From Octopus vulgaris (taxonomy: Eukaryota), in NCBI GenBank assembly GCA_951406725.2, contig OX597827.1:78306001-78370000 (forward strand): a DNA stretch of 64,000 bases. Direction: 5' to 3'. Positions 1 through 12,180 of this stretch are shown one piece after another (positions within the stretch are counted from its first letter, which is position 1; each line of letters starts with the position of its first letter). The notes under the pieces were generated by a model. It ran no database searches, was not told where the DNA came from, and saw only the letters and a program-made list of their open reading frames with translations. A program made the position numbers and the translations under genes.

Positions 1-480
1 GGCAATCCGTTCTTACGTCGTCGAACTATGGAAGTCCATGAGAGGACCCATAGCGGCATCCGGCCCTTCGGTTGCAGCATGTGTTCGCGCCGTTTCTTCC
101 AAAAAGACAAGTTAATCATTCACGAAAGGACTCATACAGGGGAGAGGCCCTTTGGCTGCGTGTTCTGCTCGAAGCGCTTCGCTCGTCGGGACACCCTAAA
201 TATCCATATCAGAATCCACACGGGGGAGAGGCCCTATGTGTGCAGCTACTGCTCAAAGGGTTTCTCTCAGAAAGACAAACTACAGATACATGAACGAACT
301 CATTCCGGTGTCAAACCATATCATTGTTCTATTTGTGAAAAACTGTTTGCACGGAAAGATGCGCTAAATGTGCATCTGCGCACCCATACTGGAGAGAAGC
401 CCCATCGCTGTGAATTCTGCGGGAAACAATTCTCCCAACGAGACAAACTCATGCTGCACAAACAAACGCATTCTACTTAA
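1..480 (+). CDS. C2H2 zinc-finger protein, 3' part (ORF open at window start)
   Basis: Frame is open from base 1 (GNPFLRRRTMEVHERTH). Five complete CxxC-x12-HxxxH fingers plus one partial, with TGERP/SGVKP/TGEKP linkers. Stop TAA at 478-480 followed by TAG; AATAAA near 1003 and 1071. Confidence 0.95.
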   Translation, partial: GNPFLRRRTMEVHERTHSGIRPFGCSMCSRRFFQKDKLIIHERTHTGERPFGCVFCSKRFARRDTLNIHIRIHTGERPYVCSYCSKGFSQKDKLQIHERTHSGVKPYHCSICEKLFARKDALNVHLRTHTGEKPHRCEFCGKQFSQRDKLMLHKQTHST

Positions 481-703
481 TAGTCCACCCATTTCTGACT
501 CTCATTTCATTTTCATAGTTGTTTCATTTTAACCAGGTACATATTCTCTGTAAATATATATTTGTGTGTGTGTGTGTATAAAAACATATGTGTGTATACA
601 TATGTGTATGTGTGTTTCAATAACTATGATGATAATCCACCAATGATCACTGTGTTCAAATCCTGGATATTAACATGAACAGTGTACAGAAATAACTACA
701 AGC

Positions 704-737
<34 letters not shown>

Positions 738-1247
738 CATACACACACATACATACATATAGATACATAAAGATACGTACACACACATATGTATAGATAT
801 ATATTATTAACTCAGCGTTATGAATTATGAACCAATTACAGTCAAAATATCATTGGAATGTTTTGTATTCCGTTGTCCGTTCCAAGTGTAAAGGAACAAT
901 CCCTAATGCTCCCCATACAGGGGGTTACAGGGGTCCTTTGCACTGAAGGTACAAAAGACAACATCCGGTCAAAAAAGAAACGAAAAGCTTTTTGGTAGCA
1001 GTAATAAAAACCTGAACTAAATGCTGAGAACATTATGATGCAAAATATAATTACATATAATAATAATCATAATAAAACAATACGAGTGCTTCCAGCTGTC
1101 TGCTCCTTTTTTTCCTGGCTCATGACCCCTTCCCTAGACATCTTGTATTCTTCTGTTCAACACACAGTATTTTGTGATGGTCTGTCATGTGACTTGTGTT
1201 TTATATATTTACTGTTGGCAGTGTTCTACACACTGTCACTGAAAATT

Positions 1248-1548
1248 AAAAGCACCATCCGTTCGTGGCCGTTGCCAGCCTCGCCTGGCCCCCGTGCCGG
1301 TGGCACGTAAAAAGCACCATCCGTCCGTGGCCGTTTGCCAGCTTCGTCTGGCACCTGTGCAGGTGGCACGTAAAGAGCACCCACTACACTCACGGAGTGA
1401 TTGGCGTTAGGAAGGGCATCCAGCCCTTAGAAACACTGCCAGATCAGACTGGGCCTGATGCAGCCTTCTGGCTTCACAGACCCCATATGAACCGTCCAAC
1501 CCATGCTAGCATGGAAAGCGGACGCTAAATGATGATGATGATGATGAT
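1248..1548 (+). mobile_element. 5'-truncated 3' end of RTE-type LINE (VNTR units, terminal block, (GAT)n tail)
   Basis: Matches the 3' UTR of the longer copy at 55180-56521 (GTTAGGAAGGGCATCCAGC...CATGGAAAGCGGACG-(GAT)n). Confidence 0.85.
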
Positions 1549-2081
1549 TACTGCAGTACGGATTTGTATAATCTTGGTATTTTTCCACCAAAAATATACC
1601 AACTCCTTCAAACGAACTTTATACAAAGGAAGCTGCTAGAGAAGATGAATGACCTCATCAGGGACAAGAGATGGAAAGCTGCCTTCTATTATGTCTGCAC
1701 ACAACCACTCACAGATTCTGAGTATTTTGGGATTAAGTCTTGAAGAGTCTCACTCAGGACCAAGGAAAATTGGAAACCTTTCAAACTGACTGCTTGGTTC
1801 TCATATCCAGACTGAAAGTCTGTAAGTTCTCCGTCTCCTTCTAACATAAGTTTAGCTCTGACACAAGCAGATGACAAAATTCAGAGAAGTCTTTGTTCTA
1901 ATCCGATGAGACTGAAGGCTTATACAGGGTAGGAAATGAGAACTGGGATACACTACTAAGGGGATATTCGATCGGGTTTACATCAGCATCAGTAGGGAAA
2001 CCTAACAGAGCAGCTGTTAATTTAGATAAGGATGATGGGGGTAAAGAATTTTGTAACAATCTTTTAGCATTTAAAACAGTT

Positions 2082-2531
2082 ATCATCATCATCATCATCG
2101 TTTAACGTCCGTTTTCCACGCTAGCACGGGTTGGACGGTATGACCGGGGTCTGGGAAGCCAGGGGCTGCACCAGGCTCCAGTCTGATCTGACAGTGTTTC
2201 TACAGCTGGATGCCCTTCCTAACGCCAACCACTCCACGAGTGTAGTGGGTGCTTTTTACGTTCCACCTGCACAGGTGCTAGGAGGGTCTGGCATCGGCCA
2301 CGATCGGTTGGTGCTTTTAACGTGCCACCGGAACGGAAGCCAGCCAAGGCAGCGCTGGCATCGGACACGTTCAGATGGTGCTTTTTATGTGCCACCGGCA
2401 CAGAAGCCAGTCGAGGCGGCGCTGGCATCGGCCACGTTTGGATGGTGCTTTTTATGTGCCACCGGCACAGAAGCCAGTCGAGGCGGCGCTGGCAACGGCC
2501 ACGTTCGGATGGTGCTTTTTATGTGCCACCA
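2082..2531 (-). mobile_element. RTE-type LINE 3' end with about 4 VNTR units
   Basis: (ATC)n-GTTTAACGTCCG start, followed by ~61-bp tandem units. Confidence 0.85.
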
Positions 2532-2692
2532 GACCGAAATATTTTATGTGTCTTATGTTTAAACCAGCTGGATCTGGCCTCTCACACCTACCCTACAATG
2601 TCATTTTAAATATAAACAATCTGTTGTCAAAATCTTGAAGCTACAAGATAATCCATGATTAATTTGAAAGAATGTGAAAGCTAAGGGGTTAA
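2532..2692. mobile_element. Partial piggyBac-like MITE
   Basis: Homologous to 13894-14112; ends GCTAAGGGG-TTAA. Confidence 0.65.
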
Positions 2693-2694
2693 AG

Positions 2695-4000
2695 ATCATA
2701 AATCGAAGTTTGCTTTCAACTCCAAGTGTTTGTTGATTAGAGATCGATTTTAGTGAGTAAACATCTGCTCAGGAGATCAATAATGACATGAGGAGAATCT
2801 CTCCTATGGCACAACAGCTGTGTTGCCAATTGTGTTAGAGACGGTAAGGTTTACCCGATTTGATATTGTGGATTTTTATCCAGCTATTTCAAAGGGACTT
2901 AAATTTACTTAACTCTCTATTGACTGACAATGATAAGGATACAGGGATAACTTCACACCAGGGGAACCCTGCCTCAACAAGGGATTAGTTTGAGTCAAAT
3001 GAATGGACTGTTCAATGTGGTGATGATGGCATAGACATCTTTGATCTCATAAGCCTTTTAATTCTAGACTTCCTCTAACTTCTATAGGAATGATGCCTTG
3101 GGCATTTCCAAACACTTAATTCCCTAGGAGTCAGGGTTATGTAAGAGATTAACCTGACAGTGGTTAATTCTTTTGATGCAACACTAGATTTGTACACAAA
3201 TTTTACAGACCAAATGAAAAGCTGACACATTAACACAGCTTTGTGCCATATTGTTCAAAAACCTCACGAAGGGCTTCAGTGACAGGATCTCCAGCTTATC
3301 CTCTTGTGAGGGGATCATCTATGCAGTGGTGCCTTGACTATCAGCAGGTTTAAGGATCATATCATATATGCAACCATGCCTTCCCTGGAAGAAAGTGCCA
3401 CTGTAAGGCCATCTGGTTTGCACTCCTTAACGTGAAGATAGGACCTTCCTCAGTTTAATAGACAAGCTTTTGACAATGCAATACAAGTATAGAGAGATTT
3501 TCAATCGACATAGTCTAAAGGTCTTATTTGGCTGGAGATGAACCAATATAAGTTAATAGTCCAGACAAAGGGACAAGCTGTTTATGCCGAGTTAATAGGG
3601 CAGGCCTAAAGAATGGTTAATGCAGAGGCCATTGTATGAAGCAATAATAGTGCTTAAGGACACCAACAGAATGTCACAATGACTGATATGTCTTGACAAT
3701 AGAAGACCCCTTCATATCCAGACAACAACAAACTAGATTTAAAATGGAGGATAGGCATAGTGGCCACAATGTTAGCTTGGAATATGTGGTTATTGAAGGA
3801 AAAAGCTGTAACATATAAAATCAGCTGGAGATCATTTGAAAGGGGTTCAGGCCACCATTATTTTAACAGCAAGAGAATGCAGACATGTTTGGCAAGGAAG
3901 ATTATTATCCTGAAGAACTACCTTCAGTTAGGGCTTTTCCTCATCTCCACATTAAAAACTTTTCTCTCCTTGCACTCATGAGTACAAATACATTTTGATG
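2695..4000 (+). mobile_element. Decayed Penelope-like element ORF (RT plus C-terminal GIY-YIG region), frameshifted
   Basis: Hand translation gives ordered motifs: FDIVDFYPAISK (2859), GLFNVVM, YRNDALG (~3083, YRDDGL-like), NLTVVNSFDATLDL, KAIWF, IFNRHSLKV, SCLCR and YKISWR...SKRMQTCLARKIII. These match PLE RT, linker and endonuclease motifs in order. Confidence 0.75.
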
Positions 4001-4619
4001 AATTGGTCGAGTCCTACCTTGGATTAAACACCAACTTCTGTGTCTTTTGACCTTTTGTTCTCATCTTAATTTCCAGATTCTTTCTCCATTCAAATCACCT
4101 TGTACCCTTTCACCTCTACACTAGCTCCCTGTCTCGCTTTCCCATGATCCCACTCATATACATATCTGTACACTCAGTTTTTAACAACCTAACTGAACCT
4201 CCTTTCTCTCTCTTACATTCTATATTCTGTGTTATTAATCTACATAAGCCTGCTCTTTGTCTCTTGGCTTTTCAATACCAATCAAGTGCTATAATTCTGG
4301 AAGCATTCATAATCTCGCTTTCTCTCTCTCTCATATATATGTGTATGTGTGTGTGTTAGGCTTCACCTATGTCACTGGTACACATTTACAGCTGAGTGGA
4401 CTGGAGCAGCATGAAATGAAGTGTTTTACTCAAGAAGACAATGTGTCAATGTTTTTCTTTTTTTTTTTCCTGCTCTCTGGGACAGATGTTGGCTTCTTTA
4501 TTTCTTTAGAACTTGGGCTACACACTTCCAGCTGTGTAATGAATATTTTGTTTTATTGGATTGGGAGCATTCTGGACATGACAGGTTCATAATTTGTAAT
4601 ACTGGTTTAATAATAATAA

Positions 4620-4995
4620 TGGTTTCAAATTTTGCCATAAGGGCAGTAATTTTGGGGAGAAGGGGCTAGTCGATTGGATTGACCACAGTACACAACTGGT
4701 ACTCAATTCATTGACCCTGAAAGGATGAAAGGTAAAGTCAACCCTGGTGGAATTTGAACTCAGAATGTGAAAACAGACAAAACACCACTAAGCATTTCGC
4801 CTGGCATGCTAACAGTTCTGCCAGCTCACTGCCTTAATAATAATAATAATTTCAAATTTTTGTCCCGAGGGCAGCTTGGGGGAGGTGGGGATGAGTCAAT
4901 TACATCAACCCCAGTATTCAACTGGTACTTTTTTTTTTATTAACCCTGAAAGGAGGAAAGACAAAGTTGACCTCGGCGGAATTTGAATTCAGAAC
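4620..4995 (-). mobile_element. Two tRNA-derived SINEs with Deu/Nin-like core
   Basis: Reverse complement of GAGTTCAAATTCC...GCCTTTCATCCTTTCGGGGTC...AGTACCAG occurs twice. Confidence 0.8.
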
Positions 4996-5322
4996 ATATT
5001 TGTTTTTATGTTTAGTTACAATAAAATCGCTTTTACATGGGACTGAATCCAGCTGTTTTATATAATGATATACATTGTAAAGAAGAATGGAGAATTATAC
5101 ATTTTCAAAATTCATTTACTAAAGATTTATTCTCATCAAATTCTAATCCATGTGATTCTGCTGGGTAAGTGTCCTATTATCCTTTAATGCTGTGCATTTA
5201 GTTAATTTAAATTGAAATTAGTTGCAGTCAATAAGGGAGACGTTTCTATGCAGCTTTGTTCAAGGTTTTACCCATGCGGGTGGGTAAAACCCAACGAAAA
5301 GGGAAGCTAGATCTAGACATAT

Positions 5323-5612
5323 CACCGTGACCGACCAGGCTATCAGATGTTGCTACACATCGCTGGTCACAATGCGCTTCACATTGTTTTAGCCTTCAAA
5401 TGACACCACCCCGCTGGCTAAGCAAGCAGGCCAATAGAAGAAAGTTGTGGTGAAAGAGTACAGCAGGGATCGCCACCACCCCCTGCTGGAGCCTTGTGGA
5501 GCTTTAGGTGTTTTCGCTCAATAAACACTCACAACACCCGGTCTGGGAATCGAAACTGCGATCCTACGACCGCGAGTCCGCTACCCTAACCACTGGGCCA
5601 TTGCATCTCCAC
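5323..5612 (-). mobile_element. tRNA-derived SINE with 14-bp target-site duplication
   Basis: A/B-box head at ~5545-5612; AGATCTAGACATAT at both 5309-5322 and 5613-5626. Confidence 0.9.
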
Positions 5613-6042
5613 AGATCTAGACATATATTATGGTTTAATGCAGTCTTCAGGAACCACATAGCCACATATATACCTGCAAAATTTTTCACTGTGTTAGATT
5701 GGCACTTACCACCATCTAGAAGAATACAGTTTTTCAATCGGCAACAGTTAATTTTGCTTTTTCGACCACTAAGAATCTAATCCAAATTATTGCAGCACAC
5801 AGTTTTAACAGAATTAGAAAATTCATTTGAATGAACCTAATAAACACAAATAATAGCAGCAATACAAATAGTGATAATATAACTAGTAATGAGACATAAC
5901 TATGGATAAGGCAGGACATAATAAAAATGATTATATTGGGATAATGAACATCTGTTTTGGCTAGCAGCAATAAGCGGGAACGTATACAGAAGCTAGTGTA
6001 AGGGAGGTAACTGAGCCCAAACCACACTGATATCAATATGAT

Positions 6043-6396
6043 ATAGGAGCACTCCGTGGGTTACAACGATGAGGGTCCCAGCTGATACGATCAACGGAAC
6101 AGCTTGCTCGTTGAATTAACGTGCAAGTGGCTGAGCACTCCACAGACGTGTGTACCCTTAACGTAGTTCTCGAGGAGATTCAGCGTGACACAGAGTGTGA
6201 CAAGGCTGGCCCTTTGAAATACAGGTACAACAGAAACAGGAAGAAAGAGTGAGAGAAAGTTGTGAAAGAGTACAGCAGGGATCACCACCACCCCCTGCAG
6301 GAGCCACGTGAAGCTTTAGGTATTTTCGCTCAATAAACACTCACAATGCCCGGTCTGGGAATCGAAACCGCGAGTCCGCTGCCTTTGCACCTCCAC
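6043..6396 (-). mobile_element. tRNA-derived SINE, same family as 5323-5612
   Basis: Shared head and body; near-perfect TSD TATC(A/G)ATATGA. Confidence 0.85.
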
Positions 6397-7442
6397 TTAT
6401 CGATATGAACCGACTAAAGACCCCAATAACACCTAATTTAATAATCTATAACAAAACCAATAATCTCCATAGAGTGATACGTAATATTCAAAATTATACT
6501 TTTGCCAATAGCAAGCATAGGGTCACTGTTAATAAGCATTATTGTAACTGTAGGAGCAAATTAGTATAACATGTCTATTAGACAGGCAAGCCCTCAGAAA
6601 ATACCAAGTTTATTGCTGTACAGTAACAGCTGATGGTATTTCTAATTATTTAATAGGTTCATGTTCTACTGACTTTAAACGAACATTATGTAACCACCTT
6701 CTTTCAAAAATAGGGAAAAATGACTTGTACAAGTTTGAGTGGGTTACAAAGAATAGGCTTACTAAGAATAAGTCCTGGGGTCGATTTGTTCAACTAAAGG
6801 CAGTGCTCCAGCATGGCCACAATCAAATGACTGAAATAAATAAAAAGAATAATTCTCTATATGCTCCCTATCATTCAATGTGGTAGCCAGATCTGGATTA
6901 TATCAAAGTGCTAATAAGGTACCTGCTTGGATTCCAAATCACTATTTCACATAAAAGACAGCAATGATGGTACCATGTAAAAAGCACCCAGTACACTCTG
7001 TGACGTGGTTGGCGTGTTAGGAAGGGCATTCAGCTGTAGAAAGCATCCCAGAAGCAGACTGGAACCTGGTGCAGTTCCTGGGTTTGCCAGCTACTGTCAA
7101 ACTGTCCAACCCATACCAGCAAGGAAAACGGATGTAAAATGATAATGATATGCACACACACGTGTGTGTGTATTGCATGTATGTGGGTATGGTTTAACTG
7201 GAATTTTCATTAAAGAAGCAACTCTCCTTGTCCGTTCCTCTAATGTATAACTTTTGTGGCTGTTTCAAAACATTTTGGATGTATTTGGCTTATAAATTCT
7301 TCTTTTCATCTTGTGACTCACTGTAGAGACTCACAAGCATTCCACTCATAGATTTATAGGATTAAACAGATAAGAGTTATGTAAATTAGCAGAGATGGCC
7401 ATCCAGGAATATACAGAAACACATCCAGCTTTATTTATTTTA

Positions 7443-7834
7443 CTAGCAGTATCGCCCGGCGTTGCTCGGGTTTGTAAGGGAGATAACTATATAAGCATTT
7501 TTAGAGATGTAAAGTATAATAGCCATCTCAATATGGCTAACCACAAAGGGGGGGGTTGTGTTACTGTAGCTTTTTACGTTCTGAGATTTATTAATAAATT
7601 TTTAGAGAGTTACTTCCCTTATATATGCCAAAAATGCATTAAAAATGGGAAAAATTGATGGTAAATTTTTTTTTAAATCGTAGACTCATCGTGCTAATAC
7701 CCAGAAGGGCTCGATATGAATCACGACTATAAGATACCCGGTTTTGCTTAAACTGCACCGCAAAATGTGGAAGTAGTTAGGAATCTAAATCGTAGGAGAC
7801 AGTCAGCACACAACCTTACTTTTATATATAAAGA
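7443..7834 (-). mobile_element. Non-autonomous Helitron, unit A
   Basis: Minus strand has 5' TC, subterminal hairpin CCCGAGCAACGCCGGG and 3' CTAG followed by T. Confidence 0.85.
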
Positions 7835-8347
7835 CTAGCAATATCGCCCGGCGTTGCTCGGGTTTGTAAGGGAAATAACTATATAAGCATTTTTAGAGAG
7901 TTACTTCCCTTATAGATGCCAATTTGGGCTTTCTTAGCCATTTCTGTTTTGGTGTCTTCAAGCCATGAAGTCGTTGTTCTAAAAGAACGCTGGTCTCCTT
8001 GACAACGCTTCACGACGTTGATTTCCTTACACTCCCTTCCCCACAGCTTCACGAGGGAGGGAAGAAGGGGGACAAGCAAACAGGTGCAGGTGTGAGCATG
8101 GACGCCAACTCCGCCGCCATTGACACACGAAAAATTATGCATTAAAATGGAATAAAAAATGATGTTAAATTATTTTTAAAATCGTAGACTCACCGTAGAC
8201 GCGCGCTAATAGCCAGACGGGCTCGATATGAATCACGACTATAAGATACTCGAATTTGGTTAAACTGCACCGCAAAATGTGGGAGTAGTTAGGAATCTAA
8301 ATCGAAGGGGACAGACACTCACACAACTACAGTTTTATATATATAGA
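7835..8347 (-). mobile_element. Non-autonomous Helitron, unit B (head-to-tail with unit A)
   Basis: A|TC start at 8347, same hairpin and CTAG end at 7835, with an extra ~220 bp of internal sequence. Confidence 0.85.
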
Positions 8348-8652
8348 TGTCACAATTGGTGTTCCATAGTATTGTTGGTTAGAGGTTGCCATTAGGCCAT
8401 CCATGGTTCCCTGTTTTTTTTACTGTGTTAGTGACAAGAGAGTTTCTGTCATTTAGTTCAGAAACATTTCAACAGGGGACAAAATTTGAAAGACATCAAT
8501 TTGTTAGTTTTCTTGCTTAAAAACTTCAGCAAAAGAGAGAGACACACACACACACTTATACTAATGCATACACACGCACACACACATATATACAGCAAGC
8601 TTGTGTACAACTCTGGAAAAGTAGACGTTAAACCAACGATGATTATGTACAC

Positions 8653-9317
8653 CAGTGGTCCTCAGATGGGGTTCATATGGCCCTTGGGAGGGGGGGACAT
8701 TTATAATTTTGTTCTTAAAACTTATGTGTAATGAATCGGTTTTACTTTTACAATACACAAAATATTTTAACAATTTTTTAAAAATATAATTTCTAGTAAT
8801 TTATAGGCATAGGAGTGGCTGTGTGGTAAGTAGCTTGCTTACCAACCACATGGTTCCGGATTCAGTCCCACTGCGTGGCACCTTGGGCAAGTGTCTTCTA
8901 CTATAGCCTCGGGCCGACCAAAGCCTTGTGAGTGGATTTGGTGGATGGAAACTGAAAGAAGCCCGTCGTATATATGTGTATATATATATATATATGTGTG
9001 TGTATATGTTTGGGTGTCTGTGTTTGTCCCCCCACCATCGCTTGACAACCAATGCTGGTCTGTTTACGCCCTCGTAACTTAGCGGTTCAGCAAAAGTGAC
9101 CCAATAAATAAGTACTAGGCTTACAAAGAATAAGTCCTGGGATCGATTTGCTCGACTAAAGGCGGTGCTCCAGCATGGCCACAGTCAAATGACTGAAACA
9201 AGTAGAAGAGTTAAACAGGGTTTTTTAAACATTAAATGGCTATGAGGGTCCACCTGAGTAGAACAGAAATAAAAGGGGCCTATAGGTTAAAAAAAGGGAG
9301 GGGATTAAGAACCATTG
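8653..9317. mobile_element. hAT-like MITE interrupted by a SINE
   Basis: Imperfect TIRs CAGTGGTCCTCA / TAAGAACCATTG; TSD is not clean. Confidence 0.5.
8805..9212 (+). mobile_element. tRNA-derived SINE with internal (TA/TG)n microsatellite
   Basis: GTGGCTGTGTGGTAAG...GATTCAGTCCC head. Many other copies, e.g. ~10185-10650, 19935-20330, 28245-28560, 30910-31130, 53270-53585 and 62830-62990. Confidence 0.9.
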
Positions 9318-9834
9318 GTCTATACAATTAAACAACGGAATCGGTAATGCAGTGGTGGGGGGTAAAGAAGGAGAGAGACTTAGAGATACTCAACCTACCT
9401 TAGTTTGCCAATTTATGTTCAAGTCACTTCTGAATCGTGCATACACTTATTTCCTCCTTTTGGATACATAATTTGGGCAATGTGTTAACGAAGTCCAGTC
9501 GTTGACCGACTGACCAACGATATACGGTCGTAAGTCTACTTGTTCGGCGCCAAAAATGTTGGATTGGAAGAAGCAGACGACAGGCGAGGAACAAGGGACG
9601 TAACTCTGCTCTCCCTATTCAAGCTTGTCACGAAAGCTCTGCTCGAACCATCAAAATTTCTCTCTCCTTACGACACACACACAACATTACATTCATCTTA
9701 TTTTATTAACAGTGTCTCGCCAACACTGACCACCACTTCTTTTATCAGTGACCAGCTTTTTCCCTTAATTAAAAGATCGTTTGACTGCAGCCTCACTAGT
9801 TAATGGGTAGCTACCTATGTTAATGGTAGGTAGT

Positions 9835-10065
9835 AGGCGACGAGCTGGCAGAAACGTTAGCACTGTCAGGAGAAATGCTTAGCAGTATTTCGTCTGCCGC
9901 TACGTTCTGGGTTCAAATTCCGCCGAGGTCAACTTTGCCTTTCATCCTTTCGGGATCGATTAAATAAGTACCAGTTACGCACTGGGGTTGATATAATCGA
10001 CTTAATCCGTTTGTCTGTCCTTGTTTGTCCTCTGTGTTTAGCCCCTTGTGGGTAGTAAAGAAATA
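9835..10065 (+). mobile_element. tRNA-derived SINE (Deu/Nin-like core)
   Basis: GGCGACGAGCTGGCAGAA...GGTTCAAATTCC...GCCTTTCATCCTTTCGGG. Further copies at ~10790, 26215, 37995, 48412, 49155 and 51190. Confidence 0.9.
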
Positions 10066-10334
10066 GGTAGGTAGGGCAACTGTGTACATGGGGTGAATTC
10101 CTTTACCTATTGTCTGAACAAAGGGCCCGCACTGGAGGCCTTGCCCTTAAATGCTGTTCTTATATATTTTTATTCCTTTACTTGCTTTAGTCTTTAGTCG
10201 ACTGTGGCAATGCTGGAGCACTGCTATGAAGAGTTTAGTCAATTAAATTGACCCTGATATTTATGTCTGGTATTCTATCTCTGATGAATTGTTAAGTTAC
10301 AGGGATGTAAACAAACCAATACCAGTTGTCAGGG

Positions 10335-10379
<45 letters not shown>

Positions 10380-10955
10380 CTTCCCCATAACTTAGTGGTC
10401 CACCAAAAGAGAGTGATAGAATACTTACCAGGTTTTTAAAAAAAACATGGTGTCAACCTGTTCAACTAAAACCCCTTCAAAGCAGTGCTCCAGCATGGTC
10501 GCCATCCAATGACTGAAACAAGTAAAACATAGAAGACAAAAGATATATAGGCGCAGTTGTGGGTGTGAGGTAAGAAGCTTGCTTACCAACCACATGGTCC
10601 CGGGTTCAGCCCCACTGTGTGGCACCTTGGGCAAGTGTCTTCTACTACAGCCTTACCACAGAGCCACTCCTGAGCCTATAAGTTATTGTTAGAATTTATA
10701 TTATCGTTTTTATTATTTACATGCTTCTTTACATACTCCACATTGTATTATCCTTGTGAGTGCTTAGTGGCAATTAAAGAAAGCATTATTATTTTTGTCC
10801 GTCTGCATGATCTGAGTTCAATTTCTGCTGAGGTCCACTTTGCCTTTCGTCCTTTTGGGGTCGATAAATTAAGTACCAGTAAAACACTGGGGTCGATATA
10901 ATCGATTGGTTCCCCTCCCCACCAAATTTCAGGCCTGGTGCCTTCAATAAAAAGA

Positions 10956-10986
<31 letters not shown>

Positions 10987-11072
10987 ACATCACTGACGTC
11001 CCAAAAAGTCCAAATATCTCAGGACATATCTCACGATGGTCAGTTGGAGTGGATTGAAGCTGGAGTCCCAAA

Positions 11073-12008
11073 CATCATCATCATTGTTTAACATCCTCTT
11101 TCCATGCTAGCATGGGTTGGACGATTTGACTGAGGACTGGCAAACCAGATGGCTGCACTAGGCTCCAATCTTGATCTGGCAGAGTTTCTACAGCTGGATG
11201 CCCTTCCTAATGCCAACCACTCCGAGAGTGTAGTGGGTGCTTTTACGTGCCACCTGCACAGGAGCCAGTCCAGCAGCACTGGCAACGACCTTGCTCAAAT
11301 GTTTTTTCACATGCCACACAAGTGCCAGTAAGGTGATGCTGGTATTGATCACACTCGAATGGTGCTTTTTACGTGCCACCGGCACAGAAGCCAGTTAGCC
11401 ATGGAGAATATATTTTGAAGACAGAATTACGATATAAGTTGTCATATCTCAAAGACACAGGGGAATCTGGAGTAAAAAAAACCTATAATAACAAATAATA
11501 AGAATGAAAGGACGAGGACAAACCTTTGAAGTTAAAACCAAAATGGTGAAATGGTTGGGCGAATTTAATAAATTTGGCTTCAGGAGGTTTGTAGAATCTT
11601 TGTTATAATTCTGAGGATGAGATGCATTTGTCATAGTTGTCTTTTAAACAGCTTCCAAAGAAAATAGCAAATTCTTATATCTGATATAGCGCTATAATCA
11701 AGTTACTTCAAGATAAAATGAAAGTTTATGCAAATCTATGATGTCATCAGGTGTCAGAGTAACATCTGACAATATCATCATCATCATCATCGTTTAACGT
11801 CCGCTTTCCATGCTGGCATGGGTTGGACGATTTGACTGAGGACTGGTGAACTAGATGGCTGCACCAGGCTCCAATCTGATCTGGCAGAGTTTCTACAGCT
11901 TGATGCCCTTCCTAGCGCCAACCACTCCGAGAGTGTAGTGGGTGCTTTTACGTGCCAGTCAGGCGGTACTGGCAATGGCCACACTCAAATGGTGCTTTTT
12001 ATGTGCCC
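11073..12008 (-). mobile_element. Two RTE-type LINE 3' ends (11073-11400 and 11775-12008)
   Basis: (ATC)n tails and the conserved terminal block. Confidence 0.8.
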
Positions 12009-12011
12009 ACA

Positions 12012-12180
12012 CATAGCTCAGTGGTTAGAGCGTCGAGCTTACGATCGCGAGGTTGTGAGTTTGACTCCTAGACCGGGCTGCATGTTGTGTTCTTGAGCAA
12101 GACACTCCACCTCATGTTGCTCCAGCTAACTCAGCTGTAGAAATGAGTTGTGACATCACTGGTGCCAAGCTGTATCGGCA
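12012..12180 (+). mobile_element. tRNA-derived SINE (Meta/CORE-like domain)
   Basis: TAGCTCAGTGGTTAGAGCG A box and a degenerate B box, then TTGTGTTCTTGAGCAAGACAC. Confidence 0.7.

Noticed and set aside
9490-9660. Small CpG-rich patch as a promoter
   Set aside because: Short, with no associated exon or other support; it may be an unrecognised repeat.
12012-12075. tRNA gene
   Set aside because: The A/B boxes continue into a SINE body with no complete cloverleaf; the same applies to the other tRNA-like heads.
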